A DNA stretch of 61,651 bases, counting the filler. It is 4 parts of 4 records of this genome, joined end to end, with 100 filler letters (N's around TTAATTAATTAA, not from the genome) between each part and the next. Parts side by side here need not be neighbours in the genome. Positions count along the whole stretch, not along the records: positions 51,021 to 61,651 come from SRR2962707_2036; 3 more parts are not named here. The stretch is one strand, 5' to 3'. Under the pieces are notes generated by a model. It worked only from the letters and a program-made list of their open reading frames with translations, had not been told where the DNA came from and did not search any database. The translations under genes and the position numbers were made by a program. Below, one piece after another: positions 56,622 through 61,651 of the stretch (position 1 is the stretch's first letter; every line of letters begins with the position of its first letter).

Positions 56622-59600
56622 TCAGAGAGGCTCCGTGGCCCAGAAGTGGTTTTCGTGCAGAAGCATGCGCAACATCGGCAGGGGAGTATCCGTGCGGTGG
56701 CCGGGATGTGCGACTGACACCTCTTGCGGAGAATAGACGTCAGTCCATACGCCACCATCTGAGATCGAAGTCAGTTCAATGCGCACATGGAATAAATCTG
56801 CTGCAGCTGCGACTTCTTGAGCGCCCGCCCAGCTCCCAGGCTGTCGCATGTTGCTGAGGTATTCAGCGAACTCTTGACGGGGTGTGCCTGCAGTGCAGCG
56901 GTCACACAAACGCAAGTCAAGACATCCATTACACGTGACCTTGGGCGATAAATGAGAACTACAAAGAGTGTTGAAAAACTTGCCCAGCCCAAATATACTG
57001 TGAAACCTTTCCATGTGCGCGACAACGTCCTGGCGTGCCTGCATCGCAGCCCGAGGTCGCATGCCCGCCGCATTTCGAACAGTCTGCGTAAAAAAAAACA
57101 AAAAAAACAAACAGCATTGCGGAAACCGTGTCCAACATACGTCAATGACCGATGAGCAGGCATCGGCAAGACCCGCACGGCGCGTAAGCTCGTTCAAACA
57201 CGGTAGCGGGAACATGCCTGCGTCGAGAAGTCGTATGGTGCACCTTTTTCCACGGTCTCACGGCCGCTGGAAACTGCAGGGGGTGTTGATACCTTGTGCT
57301 GAACCAACTGATCTGCAAGTGCAAGAAAAAAACAATTTCCATCTGGGGCGATGGGCCTGCATGCGAATTTGTGCACATGTGAACAACTATGTATCACAGA
57401 AGACGAAAACTCGGGACCCATGGAGGCTTGACGAAAATTTCATTCCGAAAAGTTGACGCTTACGAACCTCGGTCGCAGCCCAAGTTGGGCAAGTTGTGCC
57501 CGAACTGACGCAAAGTGGCATTCGATCCCACTGCAACAAGACGCGTTGTGTGGTACTTCTGCCGCTGGTTTCACAAGATCTTCCCTCGCACCAGGAACTG
57601 AGTCCAACGCCACAACTAAGTGCATTGGTGTCTTGAAATCAAAAGCGAGACCACTTTCAAAAGTCGCCAAGAAAACCGACTCGAGGTTCTTCGCAAACGC
57701 AGAAGTATCCCAGTATGATGTGCCGTCTGTCGAACGGTCCCCACTGAATGTCTCTCGTCCAGGAGGCTGTGTATTTGTGCTCAGTGTGAGAGTTGCGTCC
57801 ACATCTTCCCACTCATCGTCATCCCAATCGTCTTCTTCAAAAGTACCCTCCTGCTGATTGGCTGGACCACCTACACTCGGGGCGGTCGCGTCGATTTTCT
57901 CTTGGTCGGAACCCACATCCGACCCCACATTGAGTGTGTTTGCTTTTGCGAACAGCCAGCGGTCACAGGAAGCCGCAATCATTGCCTAGCAGTACACAGC
58001 AGGTTGTAAAGGAGCTGCAGCCGCGACCACACACAAGGCTCGAAATTCAGGAAGAGATCTTCCTCAAAAAACAACAAAAAACAAAAACAAAAAAACACGC
58101 ACTGCGACGCTGCTGCGCCGTGAAACAATCGTTCCAAACTGAACGGCAATATCTTCATAATCTTTCCAGCTTACAGAAACACCAACAGCTGCCCAATTTG
58201 GCCTGCCAAGTCCAGAAGTAATGCCGCTTAAAATCGACCTTGCTACCCGTCCTCCCATGTGCTGATTGTGCAAGAACGTGACAAGGGGAACCTGTATATC
58301 GCACAAACACTTCGGCAAGTTACGAATCGGCAAGCATTTTCTACGATTGGCAAACGATTTACACTAAAGCGCAAGCCTCGCAGTGTTGCACAATACAAGT
58401 TGTCCTTACCCCACCCCAGAAGGCGTCCACAGCCCCAGTGTGGGCGTTGTAGGTTGGGGTGTCTAACACCACATCGCAGGAACAACTATAGCGACGTTGA
58501 TGGTCGAAAGGAGAGGCCACAAATGGGAGAAACACCAATCTATGCGGGGCAATGCCGCGCGCTGCGGCAAAAGCAACCGCATTTGGAATTGAGTCTCCAG
58601 GATTCTTTAATCATACCGATAGAACGAATTCAAAAATCATGCCAAAATTATTTGCGGAGAAGCCCCGCATGGCATGTCGTGTATTGGCTTCGTCGTTTCG
58701 AGCAGGTCTGTTAGTACGTACCATCAACAGCAGCAACCGACTGTTTGGCACTCGTGACAATATATTGAGCCACACATGAAACGTGGTGGGTGAGATCTTT
58801 AGATGCTTGTTGAAGCAACAGAAGTGGACCGCTTGATTGGACCGTGCATACATAGCACCCGAACAAACAGCCTGCCACGCATTCACACACGTCAAGTCAT
58901 AACAAGCGGGGTTGTCAACTGATGTGACGAGTTCAGTGACGTGTACAAAGACCACTCCGCGTGGCCAAGCAAGTCCAGAACCTACTTTAGACGGAGGCTC
59001 CATCAGGGCAGCGTGACTATTCACAAAAAAAGATGATGGCAACTACAAAGTGCAAACGTTGAACAACGTGTGTAAGGCATCACCACCCACAAAATGCTTT
59101 GCTACTGAGCAGGCACATGAGGCAGCCCGTACCAAGGCCAATTTTTCGCTGTGCCCCGAGCGTAACTCGGCTGGAGTAACAACTCGATCAGAAATAATGT
59201 GCGAAATCCAAGGCGCGCCCGTGGTGCCCACATAAACTAGGTATGCCATCTGCAAAAGGGGGAAATCGCAAGACGGATGCAGGTGCCCGATCCCAACAAG
59301 CAGTAAAGCGAAGACATCAAAGATATAGCTCTCGCGCAACCAAACAGCGATTGCTGGCCACCAATAGCAGACACACCTGAATTGGCGCTACACGTAAACT
59401 AAACAGCCCATCCAATCGCACTCCCTCATTGCTATAGCCATCCATGTCAACCGCAACATGCAGTTTCAATGTAGTGCGAAGATAGCTCGCCACTTCATGA
59501 ACATCTTTCCTGGAATTTTCAGCAACGCGACAGAATTTGCATCAAGTGTTGTGGGTTACTCCCAACACACCGAAAGGCGGCAATGTATGTCGAGTATACC

Positions 59601-61605
59601 GCGGGCACGACGCACCCGCTGACATCTACAAAGTGTTCACAGCCGTGGCGAATCCTGCGTCTCCACTCAAAATCACCCAAGGTGCTTCCACGCGGTGAAG
59701 GTGCATCACGCTTGAGCTGGAGCTTGTCGTCGGCCGAATCAGGCGTCGTAGCAATGCAAAACAACTCAATGCGGTTTCTGTCATGGTGCGTATATCTGCA
59801 AGAAAGCGTGTGGGTGAAAAAATTAGCTCCAAGTTCCTGTGAATTTGGTTGATAGTTCACAGGTCACTTGCAGGCCATGAACATCACTTACAAGTCATAA
59901 ACAAGATAAGCTGTCGCTTTCAGCCGAAAGTCGGCGCTTACAAGCCCGACTCGAATACGCTCCGATTTTTTGTGGCCGGGAGGGCCAGACTTTTGGCGCC
60001 CACGTAGCAGTGACGATTGAACCGGTGGAGGCAATGCATCTGCAGAGTTGCCCAAAACCTTGGAACGAGATTTCAGTGCCGCCGCTTTCGCAATTTGAAG
60101 TTTGAGTCTGGCGCACCACACATTTTTTGCACGAACATGGAGCATGGAAAATTCAAGCAAGTCATGCCTTATCAGCCATGTTCCTTGCGTCAGGTACGCA
60201 CCCTGGATCCATGTCATAGTGTAATGTCATGTGCGGCTGCACAATGCTTGTTTCCCGGACCGACGGACACTGGAGCGCGCTTTCGAGGGCGTGTGTGATA
60301 CGGTAAAGCTTGTCCCACTCCATAATCGTTGTCTTGAGGTATCTGAACGACGAACACCAACACGATGCGATAAAGCGAGTGTTTTTTCGCAACCCCAATG
60401 AAACTCGACGAGCTGATCGCCTAACGATCCATCCCACAACGTTGTGCAGGGAAGAGCAACCCCGCGAGATTACAAACGTACACGTGAGTGGAAAGGCATT
60501 GGACTAAAGCCACATTCTCCGCAATAAAAGAGCAATTTTCGAACAGTGACAAGTCTGCGACATTGTTGAACACACACTCTCCTTCGGAGCCAACAGTTAC
60601 GGACAACAGCAGCACCAACACGAACAGGACGGCAATGGAAGGTGAATTATGCGCCAGATGGGTTGGCGAGCCGAGCGGCAAAAGAATTTCCGAATCAAAC
60701 GTTTTCAACGGACCAAAACTTTCCGACGCGTTGCTCCATTGCTTGACGTTGAAGAAAATTGCTCCTAGCGCGGCGAGACACTCAATACAGGTGCCGTTCG
60801 ATACTTGCACGGAGTGTTGGAGCGTGCGAATACGAAGCATCAAACGCAATTGCTCTTGCTCTTCCGCATCTTCAGTGCCGCCACCGGTGCTCCACATCGG
60901 GTCGACTGCTTCAATTTGCTCCAGCAGCAGGTAGGCGTGGGGCTCGTTCGGGTTCAATTCAATTGCTAATCCAACATGCCGCCTGGCAGACATGAACTGC
61001 CCCTGTCGAACGTACGCAGCCGCAACAGCCAGGTGAGCTTGCTCCGGGATACCCTGCAGTTCATAGCAGCGGACAAACAGCGCGAAGCAGGCGCCAGGGT
61101 CTGGATGGCTCCCATGAGTCATGGCCTTCCAAAACAGTACGGACGCTGCAGCCAGATCGCCCGCTGTCATAAGCCCCTTTGCTTCCTCAAACAGCAGCAG
61201 CGCCTCCTCCTGCCGCGTCGGCGACGGCAGCTCGCTCACTTCTGCGGCGGCCACTGCCACTGCCACTGCCACTGCCTCAGCCTCAGCCTCAGCCTCCACT
61301 TCCGAGTCTGCTGCTCGAGGCTGTTGCAGCCCAGCGACCACGCCCAGTGAGGCTGAAATTGGAGCAGCGAATGCCAAGCTGCTGCAGCAGCCGCCACCGA
61401 GGGGCAACTTGAACGCGCGCACGAGCAGCACAGGACCCAGAGCGACGAAGCAGCCCACGAGAAAGAGCGTGGCAGCTCCTAGGTTCCTCCTCCTCCTGCT
61501 GCTACCAGTGGTGGTGGTGGTTCTTCTGCTTCTTCGCGCACCTCTGCGCGCCCTGAACCCAGTCGGTGCCATGGCTGAGATTTGGGGGACTGTTGACGCT
61601 GTCAT
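56622..61605 (-). CDS. Spliced gene: hydrophobic N-terminal anchor + TPRs + GT41 O-GlcNAc-transferase-like domain + C-terminal OTU deubiquitinase domain
   Basis: Exons 61605-60714, 60581-60482, 60342-60202, 60107-59892, 59795-59616, 59509-59377, 59249-59133, 59042-58722, 58604-58410, 58291-58103, 57985-57468, 57356-57293, 57083-56622; all GT-AG and phase-consistent, extra in-frame introns possible. GT41: RIRVGLVSADF, VDMDGYS, APIQMAYLVYVGTTG, FNKHLKI, LDTPTYNAHT, VPLVT, GRVARS, WDTSAFAKNLE. OTU: PDGNCFF, WAGAQEVAAAA, NHF. Confidence 0.78.
61250..61297. repeat. Coding hexamer repeats (GCCACT)n then (GCCTCA)n, encoding an EA/VA linker
   Basis: Tandem units seen directly; translate to EAEAEAEAVAVAVAVA on the minus strand. 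Confidence 0.8.
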
Positions 61606-61626
61606 TCAGAATCGCAGCACATGCCG

Positions 61627-61651
61627 AAAAAAAAAAAAAAAAAAAAAAAAA
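61627..61651. repeat. Poly(A) run at the window end
   Basis: 25 consecutive A. Confidence 0.85.

Noticed and set aside
61627-61651. Poly(A) tail of an mRNA or retroelement
   Set aside because: The contig has introns (genomic), and the adjacent gene is on the minus strand, so the run lies at its 5' side
1-61651. CRISPR arrays, rRNA/tRNA genes, transposases, phage or defence systems
   Set aside because: No repeat-spacer arrays, RNA gene signatures or such protein motifs were seen by eye

Overview
The window is not one locus. It is four unrelated contigs joined by identical 100-nt artificial spacers (44 N + TTAATTAATTAA + 44 N at 29307-29406, 45540-45639, 50921-51020). Contig 1 (1-29306) looks like a Rhodobacteraceae-type alphaproteobacterium. 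It holds the 3' end of xoxF (lanthanide-dependent methanol dehydrogenase), xoxG/xoxJ/rhodanese, a PQQ/lanthanide accessory cluster (SoxYZ-like carrier, two YVTN propellers, MxaD-like, LutA-like binding protein, cupredoxin-like protein, very acidic PepSY-like protein, PqqT-like ABC transporter) and a flagellar cluster with an embedded MucR regulator and several unknown genes. Contig 2 (29407-45539) is a different alphaproteobacterium, probably Rhodospirillales-like: ccmG/H/I, LysE, pgk, a degenerate chemoreceptor, NUDIX, and ydbH-ynbE-ydbL coupled to an amidase, an orphan MlaF-like ATPase and a D-cysteine desulfhydrase-like enzyme. Contigs 3 and 4 (45640-61651) are intron-rich eukaryotic (protist-like) DNA: a divergent P2X-like channel, a spliced FHA-Tpt1-like fusion with a degenerate active site, a 17-exon kinesin-14, and a gene of at least 13 exons whose hand-spliced product fuses a membrane anchor, TPRs, a GT41 O-GlcNAc-transferase-like domain and a C-terminal OTU deubiquitinase domain. 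That last fusion is the most novel-looking item. All family calls come from motif recognition by eye; no searches were run.
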